Shown here piece after piece: positions 1-10,488 of a stretch of 26,162 nucleotides of DNA. The translations under genes and the position numbers were made by a program. Within the stretch, counting starts at the first letter, position 1. Each line of letters begins with the position of its first letter. Origin of the DNA: Pseudomonadota bacterium. Lineage in GTDB: Bacteria > Bdellovibrionota_B > Oligoflexia > Oligoflexales > RGVZ01. The stretch covers positions 1 through 26,162 of the forward strand of contig JBEGVZ010000007.1 of NCBI GenBank assembly GCA_041178085.1, written 5' to 3'. The notes under the pieces were generated by a model. The model was not told the origin of the DNA, did not search any database, and saw only the letters and a program-made list of their open reading frames with translations.

Positions 1-909
1 CAAGGATTGATCAAAGATCACTTTGGCCGCGGCGTCACGGTCGACCTGATTTTCAAAGTCAAACTGACTGAGCTCTTTGATCGTTTTTCGCCGATGTGTA
101 TCAAGAATCTGATTGGCAAGAATTTCAATAGAATCACGGAGGGTATCGCGCAGGGCTTTTGTTACCTCTGCTGCTTTCTTGTGCGCATTCCGACCAACGA
201 CATCATGAAATGATTCAGCAGATGCAATCGGGAAAGCTTTTGCGGCAAGCAGTGATTCCGTAATCTGATATCCATCGTCCGCGTTGACGGCAAAAAGCGT
301 GCCCAGATCAAAGGTCATATAGGCTTCAGATTCTTGCCACTTGCCGCGTTCGAGGAGGTGAATTTGCTTTCCACTGCAGACGATAATGTTTTCTGCGGTT
401 GAATAATCGGAGTTGAACGCGGCTGTGATCACGTCGCGCCAAGAATAGTAGCTTGCGCGATCCCGCATTTTGAGTGGGGAATCGCCTTGATAAAAGTGCT
501 CGATGGCTTTATCGCGAGAGGATGCTTCATCCCCGGACGCCACGGCACTCTTATCGATGAACAGGGCGAGCAAACCTTTATCCCCGATAAAGGGGACTAT
601 GCGCTCCGTTGGGCAACTAAACTCGCGCCCATCTAGGACCAGCTTGAGTGAATTATCCCCCACCCCACGGACTTCGTAGAACCCTAGGGCTTTGAATATC
701 GACTCGGCGGCTTCTTGGATAAGACCCTCGGAAGGCTTTTCACAGAGGGACTCCACGGATGACATCAGCGTCTTCCGCAGAGCCTTAAATGTATCACCAC
801 TAAATCCGTGCGCCTTGGCATCGGCACCTAAGGCGGTGGTCAAATAGTGATCTGGATAGAATCCAAAGTTCAGGATGCCTTTGATTTCTTTGATTGATGG
901 TTTTGCCAT
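1..909 (-). CDS. 5' part of a large type IIG/Eco57I-like (DrmMI-like) restriction-modification methyltransferase, truncated by the window edge
   Basis: Not in the ORF track. Open frame from ATG at 909 (GGAGG upstream, 4 nt after the helicase stop) to base 1: MAKPSIKEIKGILNFGFYPDHYL...VTKALRDTLRDSIEILANQIL...VIFDQSL. The FYxxHYL and LRxxLRxSIExLAN segments resemble N-termini of SNF2-associated methylases. The methylase motifs themselves are outside the window. Confidence 0.7.
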   Translation of the reverse strand, partial: MAKPSIKEIKGILNFGFYPDHYLTTALGADAKAHGFSGDTFKALRKTLMSSVESLCEKPSEGLIQEAAESIFKALGFYEVRGVGDNSLKLVLDGREFSCPTERIVPFIGDKGLLALFIDKSAVASGDEASSRDKAIEHFYQGDSPLKMRDRASYYSWRDVITAAFNSDYSTAENIIVCSGKQIHLLERGKWQESEAYMTFDLGTLFAVNADDGYQITESLLAAKAFPIASAESFHDVVGRNAHKKAAEVTKALRDTLRDSIEILANQILDTHRRKTIKELSQFDFENQVDRDAAAKVIFDQSL

Positions 910-913
910 GGGA

Positions 914-3856
914 TTATTCCTCCACTACCAGGCAGCCCAGAATACGAATGTCGGGCTCGGAGCTTGTTGCAAGATATGAGTCAATAAAATTTCGATAGGC
1001 GTCGGAGTCCTTATGAATAGACTCCAACTCACTTTTGACCATTCGGCCTTGAATCGAGAACACGCCTTGGGCTTGTAAATCCTTACCCTCGTTTACAAGG
1101 CGCTCGAGGTAGCTTGCCCGGGCCGATTCCCAGGCCTTAATACGATTGATCTCCTCAGTAAGTGCGCCCCGAAGTTTGTTTGACCGATTGGTCCTGCACT
1201 CCATGGTCAACCCCTTCATGGTATCCACGGCCCGTCTAGTCAGGTCGGCAATGCGGCGTCGTTCGTTTGCTGTTAAATCTGACTTTTGAACGATCTGGCT
1301 TAAGTGGTCGTTGAGCCACGCCGTGATCTTAACGGCATGATCGTATTCGTTCATATTGAACAGCGGCTTCAGGTCCGGGGAGCCTTTTTTGTGGTAGAGG
1401 ATCTGCCAGAATTGATCCACTGCGTCATTCCGCTTGTTGTACAGAGTGCTCTGCACCAACATGTAGACTGCATTCTTGTCGTCACCCTTCAAAGTGACGG
1501 TGGGAACCTTGCGCCCGGGGAAAAAGCCAATGGCCGTATTCTCGAGTAGGGCGATCAGAGGATGGATCTCATTCATGAAAGAACGGTCCACCTCGGCATT
1601 TGAGGCGCGGGCATGACGATAGAAAGACTGGACACGCTTAGAGTCGGCGTCCAGCGTTACACCATTGCTATCGTTGTCCGGCTGGTATTCGCGTGGCCAC
1701 TGGGCAGTTTCAAATCTGAGGGCGTTATCCATTTTTACGGTGACAGCTGTGTTGTCAGCCTCGACAACGTCGAGCTTTGCTTCTTTGGCGAGTTTGAGAA
1801 TAAAGTCACTGGGTGACTTCTCGAATAGCGTCGGCAGGCGCCGGCGATTGACGCCGTCCGTTTTTGCGGCGGCGGCCGCGAAATCAGGATTTGCGAGCAT
1901 GGCGAGCAAAGGGTCGACATCGTCCACCTGGTCGATTCGACCTTCTTCGTAGGCCGAGGTGTTCTGGACTTCTTCCTCTTCACCCTCAACGAATTTCGCC
2001 ATGGCTTCTTCGGCCATATCCGTTGACGCAGTTTCGACACGCTTTTTAATCTTGTCGATGATCCAAAAGTCATCTTTGAATGACTCTTTGGTCGCAAAGT
2101 GCTTGGTTGAACCTTCCGCGGTGCTGGCAAAGTAGAAAATCTCCGGCGTGGATTCCTGCCCCAATCGATCAATTCGTCCGTTACGTTGCTCCAAAGTAAT
2201 CAGGGACCATGGCAAATCGAAATGGATCAGTCGATGACAGCATGTGTGCAAGTTAAGGCCTTCACTTGCCACATTTGTTGCCACGAGGATATGAATCCCC
2301 TTCGTTTTGGCCTGGAATGCTTTCACGATCCTCGGCAGTTCAATATCCGACAGACTCCCGTCGGCCGTCGCGATCAGGCGCCCTGCCGGCTGCTTGCCGT
2401 CAGATGAGGCGTCAAAAACGCCGTCCACAAGTTTCTCTTTAAGCAGGAATTTTTCGATCTCGCGCATCGTACGGAGGCGTTCCGTGAAGATCACAATACG
2501 GTCGTCGTCTTTCGTTGGATGCTTAGTCAAATATTCTTTCAGATATTTAAATCGCGTGAACTCCCCGAGGCTCTGAATACTGTGCTCCAAATCCTCCAGG
2601 AAGTTGATAAACTGCTCCCGATCTTCCTCATTTGAGTGCTTTGTCTTGATCCGTCGATCCGGGTCCGCCCCAAGAGACTTAAGCTTCTTTTGAACGGTCT
2701 CAAGAAGGGCGTAGGGACTAGACAAAAAGGATTTGATGAGCGTGGTCTTAAACAGTTCTCTTTGGCCTCCGCCATGACGCTTGGAAAGCATCGTGGTCAG
2801 TTTGTCACCATCGTGAATCGCACGAAGGACATCGATTTCATCGCCGGTCATTGGAATTTTGCAAATCAGCTGCTTGCGCGGGGCGCGGTTTTCAATCTGA
2901 TCAGCGACCTGGGAACGTGTTCTCCTAATAAAATGCTGAATAAAATCTTCAGAGGCAAAGGATGAGTCATCCTTGATCCGGGTGCGATCGAGTAACTTGA
3001 TCAAGCTGGCAAACCCATGCTTTGTTCCGTCATGGGGAGTGGCCGACATGAGGATCACCGCATTCGCTTTCTCCGCAAGGCGTCTTGCAACGCGGTGTCG
3101 AGCCGACCCGCCCCCACCATCCGTACGATCGGCTACGTTATGACATTCGTCGATGACTAAGACGTCCCAATCGCAGCTCTCAAGCCACGTTTGATATTTC
3201 TTGAGCTTCAGCGTGTCGATACTGATGATGGCCTTGTCGTGATGAAAGAACGGATTCATCGTCGAGGGGAGATCCTGACGCAGCTTTTCCAATCCCTTCG
3301 AGTCGAGGCGATGAAACGGAATTGAGAACCTTCCCCACATTTCCGCCTGAAACTGCTCCAAGGTAGCCTTTGGCACGGCACAGAGGATCCGCTTACCTTT
3401 TCCGCGGCGAATCAATTCGGCCAGCAAAACACCGCATTCAATTGTTTTCCCAAGGCCAACGGCATCCCCAATCAGAATACGGGGACGATGCATATTCAAA
3501 GCCTTGAAGGCGGGTTGCATTTGGTAATCGTACGGCTGGCAGGCACCATGCTGACCCAAATAGATGGCGCCGTTACGCGGAAGCAGACGTCGTAAATGAG
3601 CCTCCCAATAGAGCTTCGCCCTAATTGCGCGGCCGGACGTTGCGATTTCGGGTTCAATGTCGGCCGGGTCCACCACTTCGATGGTGTCCAGATCGTCCAC
3701 GAAAATATATTTCGCCCCGGCCACGATATTCGTAAGGCCCTTGGCTTCTATTTCCCATACAGCCTTGCCATTAATCTGCTCGTGCTTGCGAGCGTGCTCA
3801 ACTTGCCACTCTTCGCCACGAACACGGATTCTTTGACCAGGGTGAAAGTTTGACAT
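914..3856 (-). CDS. SNF2/RapA-family SF2 helicase (DISARM DrmD-like)
   Basis: 980 aa; Q motif YDYQ, Walker A DAVGLGKT, DECH, SAT, ASEGLNL, EQRNGRIDR; N-terminal PGQRIRVRGEEW. Confidence 0.9.
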   Translation of the reverse strand: MSNFHPGQRIRVRGEEWQVEHARKHEQINGKAVWEIEAKGLTNIVAGAKYIFVDDLDTIEVVDPADIEPEIATSGRAIRAKLYWEAHLRRLLPRNGAIYLGQHGACQPYDYQMQPAFKALNMHRPRILIGDAVGLGKTIECGVLLAELIRRGKGKRILCAVPKATLEQFQAEMWGRFSIPFHRLDSKGLEKLRQDLPSTMNPFFHHDKAIISIDTLKLKKYQTWLESCDWDVLVIDECHNVADRTDGGGGSARHRVARRLAEKANAVILMSATPHDGTKHGFASLIKLLDRTRIKDDSSFASEDFIQHFIRRTRSQVADQIENRAPRKQLICKIPMTGDEIDVLRAIHDGDKLTTMLSKRHGGGQRELFKTTLIKSFLSSPYALLETVQKKLKSLGADPDRRIKTKHSNEEDREQFINFLEDLEHSIQSLGEFTRFKYLKEYLTKHPTKDDDRIVIFTERLRTMREIEKFLLKEKLVDGVFDASSDGKQPAGRLIATADGSLSDIELPRIVKAFQAKTKGIHILVATNVASEGLNLHTCCHRLIHFDLPWSLITLEQRNGRIDRLGQESTPEIFYFASTAEGSTKHFATKESFKDDFWIIDKIKKRVETASTDMAEEAMAKFVEGEEEEVQNTSAYEEGRIDQVDDVDPLLAMLANPDFAAAAAKTDGVNRRRLPTLFEKSPSDFILKLAKEAKLDVVEADNTAVTVKMDNALRFETAQWPREYQPDNDSNGVTLDADSKRVQSFYRHARASNAEVDRSFMNEIHPLIALLENTAIGFFPGRKVPTVTLKGDDKNAVYMLVQSTLYNKRNDAVDQFWQILYHKKGSPDLKPLFNMNEYDHAVKITAWLNDHLSQIVQKSDLTANERRRIADLTRRAVDTMKGLTMECRTNRSNKLRGALTEEINRIKAWESARASYLERLVNEGKDLQAQGVFSIQGRMVKSELESIHKDSDAYRNFIDSYLATSSEPDIRILGCLVVEE

Positions 3857-4275
3857 TAGGCACTCTCCTTGGATCCACTGAACTGGATCGTAGGCAAATT
3901 AATTGCAAGGTCAGTGATCACTGTATTCACCACGACCGCATCGTCCTCAAATCCATCAAGCCCGAAAAAGTCCGGCGAGCCGTCGAGTCGATTTACAAAA
4001 TAATGAATTGCGGCTAGGACAAATGTAACGTGTTGGCTATTGGTAGACGTCTCACAGAAGGCCATCAGTTTGAGGCAGGTTCGGTGTACCGATTTAGCCA
4101 AATCAAGGTCTAGAAATTCGTTTACCGCAGAAGCCTGATGCAACAGCGCTGGAAACGCATCCAATTCAGCACGAAGCCGTTGAATACACTCAGCGTGATT
4201 ACCAACATTCCTGAGCGATTCCTCATAAGATCGCCGAATCCGACCATGCAGACTTTCAAGCTTTACACCTGACAC
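3856..4275 (-). CDS. DUF1232/YkvA-like small protein
   Basis: C-terminal LAAIHYFVNRLDGSPDFFGLDGFEDDAVVV fits the DUF1232 pattern. The stop overlaps the helicase ATG (TAATG). Start is uncertain: GTG 4275 after a G-run, or 4317. Confidence 0.7.
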   Translation of the reverse strand: MSGVKLESLHGRIRRSYEESLRNVGNHAECIQRLRAELDAFPALLHQASAVNEFLDLDLAKSVHRTCLKLMAFCETSTNSQHVTFVLAAIHYFVNRLDGSPDFFGLDGFEDDAVVVNTVITDLAINLPTIQFSGSKESA

Positions 4276-4769
4276 GGACACCCCCCAAAAATGTGGTCGA
4301 GCCAAAACGTTGCTCAACCCATCTCGGAAGACAGAATACGGGCCTGTAGGCGGCAGCTCTTGCCCACCTCCAATAGGATCACCGCTGAAAGATAAAGCGC
4401 GAAGTCCCCTACATCAAAGAGATGGCGTAAACATTGAAAATTTCTGCGCAGAGGCCGAGATTTTTTGGCTTCTCGCATTTGTGGAAGGACAGCTAATGGA
4501 CCGTCGTCCAGACCACAGGATTCATCGTGTGCGGAAGGACCTCATATGGCGCCACCAAAAAGACACCGACCAGGCTTGGTCTGGTGTCATTACTGGGAGA
4601 ACGTGCCCCAAAAGGCACGTAAAGAATTATTACTGCTCATCGTTGTAAACATGTACAGCGATTGAGCAGTTAATACTGACTCGCAACTGTAATGCTAGCC
4701 TAACCCTCAACATTTATTGGATGTTTTTAATGGCATGGGTATTGCTGTGATCGACGCGGGAGTCCTGCA

Positions 4770-6191
4770 GTGCGTCACCTAGAACAAGCCATTGTCATCA
4801 CGTTCGCCCTATCCTCCTTACAAGGTAATGCGCAATCGCTGGAGGCCGGTATCAATGCAACCGCCCTGATCTCATCGAATCGCGCACTAGGCAGCGGCTT
4901 CTTAATCGACGAACAACACGTTGTAACCAACTCACACGTCATAGGAAAAAGCAAATGCAGCGAAATCCATATCGCCTGGAAAGATGGGAAAGTTAACGAG
5001 TGCGACGCAATCGTGGCGAGGGACAAGCGTCTTGATCTCGCAGTAATTAGGCTTCGTTTGAGGGAGGTGCGCGATCCGCTGCCCATTTCTGATTTCGTGA
5101 ATGCCGACGTGGGAAATGAGATCTATATCATCGGAAATCCACGTGGGTCGCTTTTCTTAACCTCAAAAGGGATCATATCGTCGCGCGATTATTCTCAAGT
5201 GGATTTTTATCCGTCCAAAATCTCATGGATTTTCAATTTCGATGGCGCGCTGAACCCGGGAAATAGCGGTGGCCCAATCCTCGATAGAGAAAGTAACGTC
5301 CTCGGCGTTGCCATGGGGTCAGTACGGGGCACCACGGGCGTCAACGTGGGAATTCGTTCGGACATGCTAATTGCTTTTCTTCGACACTTTGACATACCCC
5401 ATGCTATTGTGGCGAAACAAAGCCCGAATGAAACACAGACTGAAACCCAAGGCTCACAACCAGTTAAAACAGTAGCCCTTATAGAGTCCAACGAACCCCA
5501 AAGTCAGGCCCGCAGCTTTTCGCCGAATCAAGAAAAGATGCAAAATCCAGAGCCGACTTCACACTCCGCGTCAATTATGAGTGAGATTCATAATCCATTT
5601 AGTTTTGCAGGGCTTAAGCTCAGCCTTGGTGGACTCATTGGCGTCGATTATGGCGATTACACATCATTCGATGCCGGTCAGAAAGAAAGCGGGCTTGATA
5701 AGCTTTCAACAAAGGGAGTCACGGCATTCATCGGCGCGGATATCGGACTGACTGACGGAAAATGGCTATCAACCGTAGGGGTATGGAATACAGCTTTTCA
5801 CGGCTCAAGCTTGGCCGCAACGAACACATATTATGAACAGTTTAGCGACAGGCACCTTGAGGCCAATGATTACAAAATCATATTCTCTGACGACATAAAC
5901 ACAAATGCAGGCGCTATTTCCGCGATGGAAACGGAGATTGGCATTTATGTCCTAAAGTTTATGCGCCTATCCACGGGCCAGGCGCACGCACGGGTTGATT
6001 TATATTCAAATAACGGCACAGATCGATACACAGCTGAACTACCATACCGGGTAAACACAATAGGATTTCTATTTTCCGGGGAAAATTGGGGTTTTTCTGT
6101 CGATTTTTCAAAGCTATATGGAACCCTCTATCAACGAACAGCCATCCGCGCTGTCTGCGGCCTAAACTATGCACTGACGATCTTCGACTAG
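4770..6191 (+). CDS. Secreted trypsin-like (S1C/HtrA-type) serine protease with an unknown C-terminal domain
   Basis: Signal-like N-terminus; catalytic triad motifs TNSHV, DLAVI, GNSGGP; no PDZ domain recognised; Q/S/P/E-rich linker then a beta-rich C-terminus. Confidence 0.85.
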   Translation: MRHLEQAIVITFALSSLQGNAQSLEAGINATALISSNRALGSGFLIDEQHVVTNSHVIGKSKCSEIHIAWKDGKVNECDAIVARDKRLDLAVIRLRLREVRDPLPISDFVNADVGNEIYIIGNPRGSLFLTSKGIISSRDYSQVDFYPSKISWIFNFDGALNPGNSGGPILDRESNVLGVAMGSVRGTTGVNVGIRSDMLIAFLRHFDIPHAIVAKQSPNETQTETQGSQPVKTVALIESNEPQSQARSFSPNQEKMQNPEPTSHSASIMSEIHNPFSFAGLKLSLGGLIGVDYGDYTSFDAGQKESGLDKLSTKGVTAFIGADIGLTDGKWLSTVGVWNTAFHGSSLAATNTYYEQFSDRHLEANDYKIIFSDDINTNAGAISAMETEIGIYVLKFMRLSTGQAHARVDLYSNNGTDRYTAELPYRVNTIGFLFSGENWGFSVDFSKLYGTLYQRTAIRAVCGLNYALTIFD

Positions 6192-6308
6192 CGGCGGTTC
6201 GCCGACGTATAGGTTCCGTAAAGCCCACTAACTGACCGTGGTCATAACTCAGGACTAATATACAAGCATTCTTTAGATGACTGCATAATTTCTCAAAATT
6301 ATCGTGGC

Positions 6309-7061
6309 TCATATTGCCAGGTGTAACCATTTACACGGACCAAGCTCGAATTTGCCGTCATGTTCATTGCTAAATACGACTGCTTTGCCTAGATCTGGCA
6401 TTTTTTCCTTGCACGCTTGATTCTCTACAGATGTCCTAGTCTGAATCATTTTTGCAATCACGCCGTCGCGTTCTTCAAGCACAATTTTTTTCGTTGAGCC
6501 GCACACGGTGCTATCAGGCCTAGGATCAAGAGAAACCCATCTTGTACCATCTTTCTTAAGCCTTATCTTGAAACGATGATCTCTTACCTGACATGTAGTC
6601 TTCTCGAGCTCAATGATTTCAGAAAAATATCGATCAATAAAATCCATAGAGGAAGAATCGCCGCAAACCCTACGAAGAACCTCAGATTCCGCATCATGCC
6701 CACCTTCCTTTTTTATTTTTTCCTGATGCAATTTCACGCTCTTGCATGACGATTTAAGATCACTTACCCAACGTTCAAAACTCCTTCTCTGTTCGCCGTT
6801 TAGCTGATTTTTCTTATTCATACTTTGCACCAAAAGATCAACTGCAGTGAAATTCGGTGGACTAAGTATCAACTGTTTAAGATCGCACTCCATGATTGAT
6901 CTAGCCTTGTTCATAAACTCACAACTACCGTAAATCATCGATCGCTCGCTTGCCGAGGAAAGTGCCATCGAAGGTGAATCTGGCGTTGCCACGGCCAGTG
7001 AACAAAGACCAAACCAAGAGAAAACCAATATGACAAATTGTTTCACAACCAGACCCCACAC
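6309..7061 (-). CDS. Hypothetical secreted protein
   Basis: 250 aa ORF with a hydrophobic signal peptide (…CSLAVA) and several Cys; AT-rich. Confidence 0.65.
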   Translation of the reverse strand: MWGLVVKQFVILVFSWFGLCSLAVATPDSPSMALSSASERSMIYGSCEFMNKARSIMECDLKQLILSPPNFTAVDLLVQSMNKKNQLNGEQRRSFERWVSDLKSSCKSVKLHQEKIKKEGGHDAESEVLRRVCGDSSSMDFIDRYFSEIIELEKTTCQVRDHRFKIRLKKDGTRWVSLDPRPDSTVCGSTKKIVLEERDGVIAKMIQTRTSVENQACKEKMPDLGKAVVFSNEHDGKFELGPCKWLHLAI

Positions 7062-7363
7062 CTAGCTGTTATTGGAAAAACTCAATCACGGTTCAACCGC
7101 TACTGGCTTATCGTTATAAATTAGCAGAAACGGATCCGTTTGGCCCAACTTTGGAAACATGACACTGAAACCCATTTACGAACCCAAATCGAAGGTCCCG
7201 GAAAACATCAGCTGCCGTTTTCTACGGCGGAGACAGCTGCAATAATTTTCGCATACGAGGCGTATGGCTCCGTTTCGCCTGCCAAGTTGCTCGACATGCA
7301 TTTTGCCTGGATTTTCTCTCGGATCCACCGACGTCCTGGAGGAACAGTTAGCGCGGGGGCAGG

Positions 7364-8074
7364 ATGGGGTTTAGACCAGGGGACATAGTTAGTTATCGGG
7401 ATATCATCAATCTGGAGAAGGTACATCTTCAGCGCGGGATGAATTTCCGTCTGGGAGGGCATCGCACAATCATCCTGTTAAGCCAGCGCGAAGGGGCCAA
7501 ATATGAGGACGAAGTCCAAGACAACGGACGGGTGCTGATTTACGAGGGGCACGACGTGCCCAGGCGCGCGCGGGGGCCCGACCCGAAGGCTGTGGACCAG
7601 CCCAGGGCGTATCCTGGGGGATCTCTCACCGAAAATGGGAAGTTCTACTCTGCCGCGATGGATGCGAAGTCCGGACGAGCGCCTGCGGAACGCGTCATCG
7701 TCTATGAGAAGTTAAAGAAGGGGCTTTGGGTCTACCTGGGCATTTTCAATTTGGTCGACGCGTGGCTGGCGGACGTGGACATTGACACGGGTACGCGCAG
7801 GGTTTTCAAGTTTCGCCTAGAAATCGCGGACGACCAGGTGTCCGGCCCGGGGGCAATAAAGGTGGCCCTAGATCAAAGCCGCAAGATCCCGTCTCATGTC
7901 ATGCAAGAGGTCTTTAAACGCGACCATGGTCGATGCCGCCAGTGCGGAGCGAACGACAACCTGCATTTTGACCACATCCTCCCCTGGAGCAAGGGTGGGA
8001 CTAGCCTGATGGCCGAGAACATCCAACTCCTGTGCGCCAGGCACAATCTGCAGAAGGGGGCGAGGCTCGAATAG
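7364..8074 (+). CDS. HNH endonuclease with an N-terminal SRA/ScoMcrA-like domain (putative type IV restriction enzyme)
   Basis: C-terminal RDHGRCRQCG...HFDHILPWSKGG...NIQLLCARHN; N-terminal YEDEVQDNGRVLIYEGHD and WVYLGIF motifs. Confidence 0.8.
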   Translation: MGFRPGDIVSYRDIINLEKVHLQRGMNFRLGGHRTIILLSQREGAKYEDEVQDNGRVLIYEGHDVPRRARGPDPKAVDQPRAYPGGSLTENGKFYSAAMDAKSGRAPAERVIVYEKLKKGLWVYLGIFNLVDAWLADVDIDTGTRRVFKFRLEIADDQVSGPGAIKVALDQSRKIPSHVMQEVFKRDHGRCRQCGANDNLHFDHILPWSKGGTSLMAENIQLLCARHNLQKGARLE

Positions 8075-8299
8075 CGTTGGATAGACCCTTGCTGGGTGCT
8101 GGGTCAATCGAACGGATAATTTCCGAAAAGTACGCAACGGGTTAAAAACACCTGCGAACCTGTGAGAAATCTCAAAAATATCAGGCGAAGTCAAACTCGT
8201 CTCTTCTACTCAAACACACCTCATGACGAACTTTTATCGCCATAGCGCTAACTTTTGCCTAAGGAATCCGATATACAAAAAGTCGATTGGAGCACACAA

Positions 8300-9622
8300 A
8301 TGAGCGCGAAAAATTTACAAAATCATAACAATGCCACAATCGCTTCTTTTAGCATGCAGCAGATTCTCGTTCGAAATTCGCTGCAAGCTGTTTGGCTCGA
8401 TTCGGACGACGACCTGAAGCACCACTTATTAAAGCTGTGTGGAGAAATATCAAAGCACTACGGTAAGCAGTACCTCGACTTGTCGATTGAGGACCTTCAT
8501 CATCTCGTCTCACTTGCATATAAGCTTTCTAAATCCGCTGGATTTTCGCGTGTGACCGCGAATGATATCTCGCGACTCCTCAACAAGATCCAATCGCTAA
8601 AGAAGAGTACCGACCCATTTGCAGACATTTACCGAATCACTGAACTTGCCCAAAACGCAAACCTGATACCCTTAGCCACAAAGGCCCTGGTATCAATTGC
8701 CACGCCCCGGATCCGCCGGGCATCGATTGTCTATTTTTCTGGGATGATAATTCACGAGCTCTATCGCGATAAGCCAACCACTGAAAATAGTACGGCGGAA
8801 AATATAAGCGAAGCCACTTATCAAGAGGACGATTTTGATCCGTTATTTTCTTGCTTCGACCGCTCTCACCTCGCGAGTTTATGCTGTCTTCTGAATGTCC
8901 GGGCGGACATCAACGCCGATGATGCAGAACTTAAAAACCTCATAAAGAACGAGTTTTCGTACTACACACGAAATTTTTTCTCCCATTTGTACAATAAAGC
9001 TTCGAGCGGACGATGTTGCTACGGCGACGTCCTGGCGGCCATTTGTGAGGATCTGAAAATAGACTGGTCCCCGGGCCAAAGCGCACCCCTTCTAGAGGAA
9101 AAGATCGTTGCCGCCGTACTACGCGAAACACTTGACACTCTCAGCAAGACAGAACGCGAAAAACTGATTGCAAGACTTAAGACCGTCCAACCGAGAGGCT
9201 TTGACCTTCAGGCCATTGCGACAAGTGGATCGCTCGCGACAATTTTACTTGGAAATTTCTCTGGGTTTGGAACATACATTGCTGCAAGTTCGGCACTCAG
9301 CGCGATCACCTCGGGCCTGGGGATCAGCGCAGGGTTTACTGTGTATACGTCTATGTCCAGCGCCATGGGTGTCCTGTTTGGACCAATCGGCATGACGGCG
9401 TCTGCGGCGGCATTCGCCTTGAGCTTATCGAAAAGTACCCCACGTCGGGCAATACCGGCAGTCCTTTACATTGCAGCCATGCGTGCAAAGCTCGAGACAA
9501 GACCGCCAAAATTCAGCTTCAGAGATCAATATTCGAAAATTGCTTTGGTCGTACTGCTTTGCCTCAGCTGTGCTACGCTTGGCTATTTAGCCCACATGAT
9601 TTTTGCGAATTTCGGACGCTGA
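8300..9622 (+). CDS. YaaW/UPF0174-like protein with an N-terminal extension and a C-terminal TM helix
   Basis: YGDVLAAICEDLKI...LEEKIVAAVLRETLDTLSKTEREKL, then a Gly/Ala-rich hydrophobic region and IPAVLYIAAMR; GGAG before ATG 8300. Confidence 0.65.
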   Translation: MSAKNLQNHNNATIASFSMQQILVRNSLQAVWLDSDDDLKHHLLKLCGEISKHYGKQYLDLSIEDLHHLVSLAYKLSKSAGFSRVTANDISRLLNKIQSLKKSTDPFADIYRITELAQNANLIPLATKALVSIATPRIRRASIVYFSGMIIHELYRDKPTTENSTAENISEATYQEDDFDPLFSCFDRSHLASLCCLLNVRADINADDAELKNLIKNEFSYYTRNFFSHLYNKASSGRCCYGDVLAAICEDLKIDWSPGQSAPLLEEKIVAAVLRETLDTLSKTEREKLIARLKTVQPRGFDLQAIATSGSLATILLGNFSGFGTYIAASSALSAITSGLGISAGFTVYTSMSSAMGVLFGPIGMTASAAAFALSLSKSTPRRAIPAVLYIAAMRAKLETRPPKFSFRDQYSKIALVVLLCLSCATLGYLAHMIFANFGR

Positions 9623-9723
9623 GGCTAATTCAGCACAGCCAATTTAAATCGAGAATATTTTCCGGCGGTCGTTTACGCGCAAGGGAAGCGAACATGCATA
9701 CGTTAGCCATGCGGCGCGAATCA

Positions 9724-10488
9724 ATGCCATCGAATATCATCCACATCCCCCACTCCTCCACGACGATCCCCGCGGAATACCGCGACCAGTTTGTCCTGAC
9801 GGACGCGGAACTGGCGGCGGAGTTGGTGCGGATGACGGATGCGTATACGGACGAGCTGTTTGCGATGCCGGGGGATATGGCAACCACGGTGCGATTTCCG
9901 GTCAGCCGGCTGGTGGTGGATCCTGAGAGGTTTGAGGACGATTCCCAGGAACCCATGTCCCGGCGCGGGATGGGGGTCATTTATACGCGGTCATCAATGG
10001 GCGCGGTGCTGCGCAGGGAGGTCAGCCCCGGGGAGAGGGAGGCCTTGCTGGCTGCTTTCTACCGGCCACACCATGCGGCTTTGACGCGCGCGGTGGGGGA
10101 TGCGCTGGATGCGCATGGGAAATGCCTGATCATCGACGGGCACAGTTTTGCCTCCAGGCCATGGCCCTATGAACCAGATCAGACGTCTGTCCGGCCAGAG
10201 ATCTGCATTGGCACGGACGACTTCCACACGCCGGATGGGCTGACCAGGCTGGTGGTGGAGTCGTTCAGGGGGCAGGGGTTCACTGTGGACCTCAACCGTC
10301 CTTTTGCCGGGGCCTTGGTGCCGTTGCCCTACTACCGCAAGAACCCGGGCGTAAGGTCCATCATGGTCGAAGTGCGGCGGGACCTGTACACGGACGAAGC
10401 GACGGGCGGGCGCAGTGCGGGGTTTGGGGGGACGGTGGCGCGGGTGCAGGCGGCGATTCGGGAGGTTGCGGGGGTATGGGACGGGTGA
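9724..10488 (+). CDS. N-formylglutamate amidohydrolase family protein
   Basis: HIPHSS, TDAYTDELF, SRLVVDPERF, YRPHH, IIDGHSF, EICIGTD, NRPFAG, IMVEVRRDLY; start 9724 inferred. Confidence 0.9.
   Translation: MPSNIIHIPHSSTTIPAEYRDQFVLTDAELAAELVRMTDAYTDELFAMPGDMATTVRFPVSRLVVDPERFEDDSQEPMSRRGMGVIYTRSSMGAVLRREVSPGEREALLAAFYRPHHAALTRAVGDALDAHGKCLIIDGHSFASRPWPYEPDQTSVRPEICIGTDDFHTPDGLTRLVVESFRGQGFTVDLNRPFAGALVPLPYYRKNPGVRSIMVEVRRDLYTDEATGGRSAGFGGTVARVQAAIREVAGVWDG

Noticed and set aside
4310..4665. Short plus-strand ORFs between the defence operon and the protease
   Set aside because: No recognisable motif or RBS; probably the divergent promoter region.
9559..9723. Long N-terminal extension of the amidohydrolase
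   Set aside because: It overlaps the upstream gene, and family similarity begins at the IIHIPH motif.
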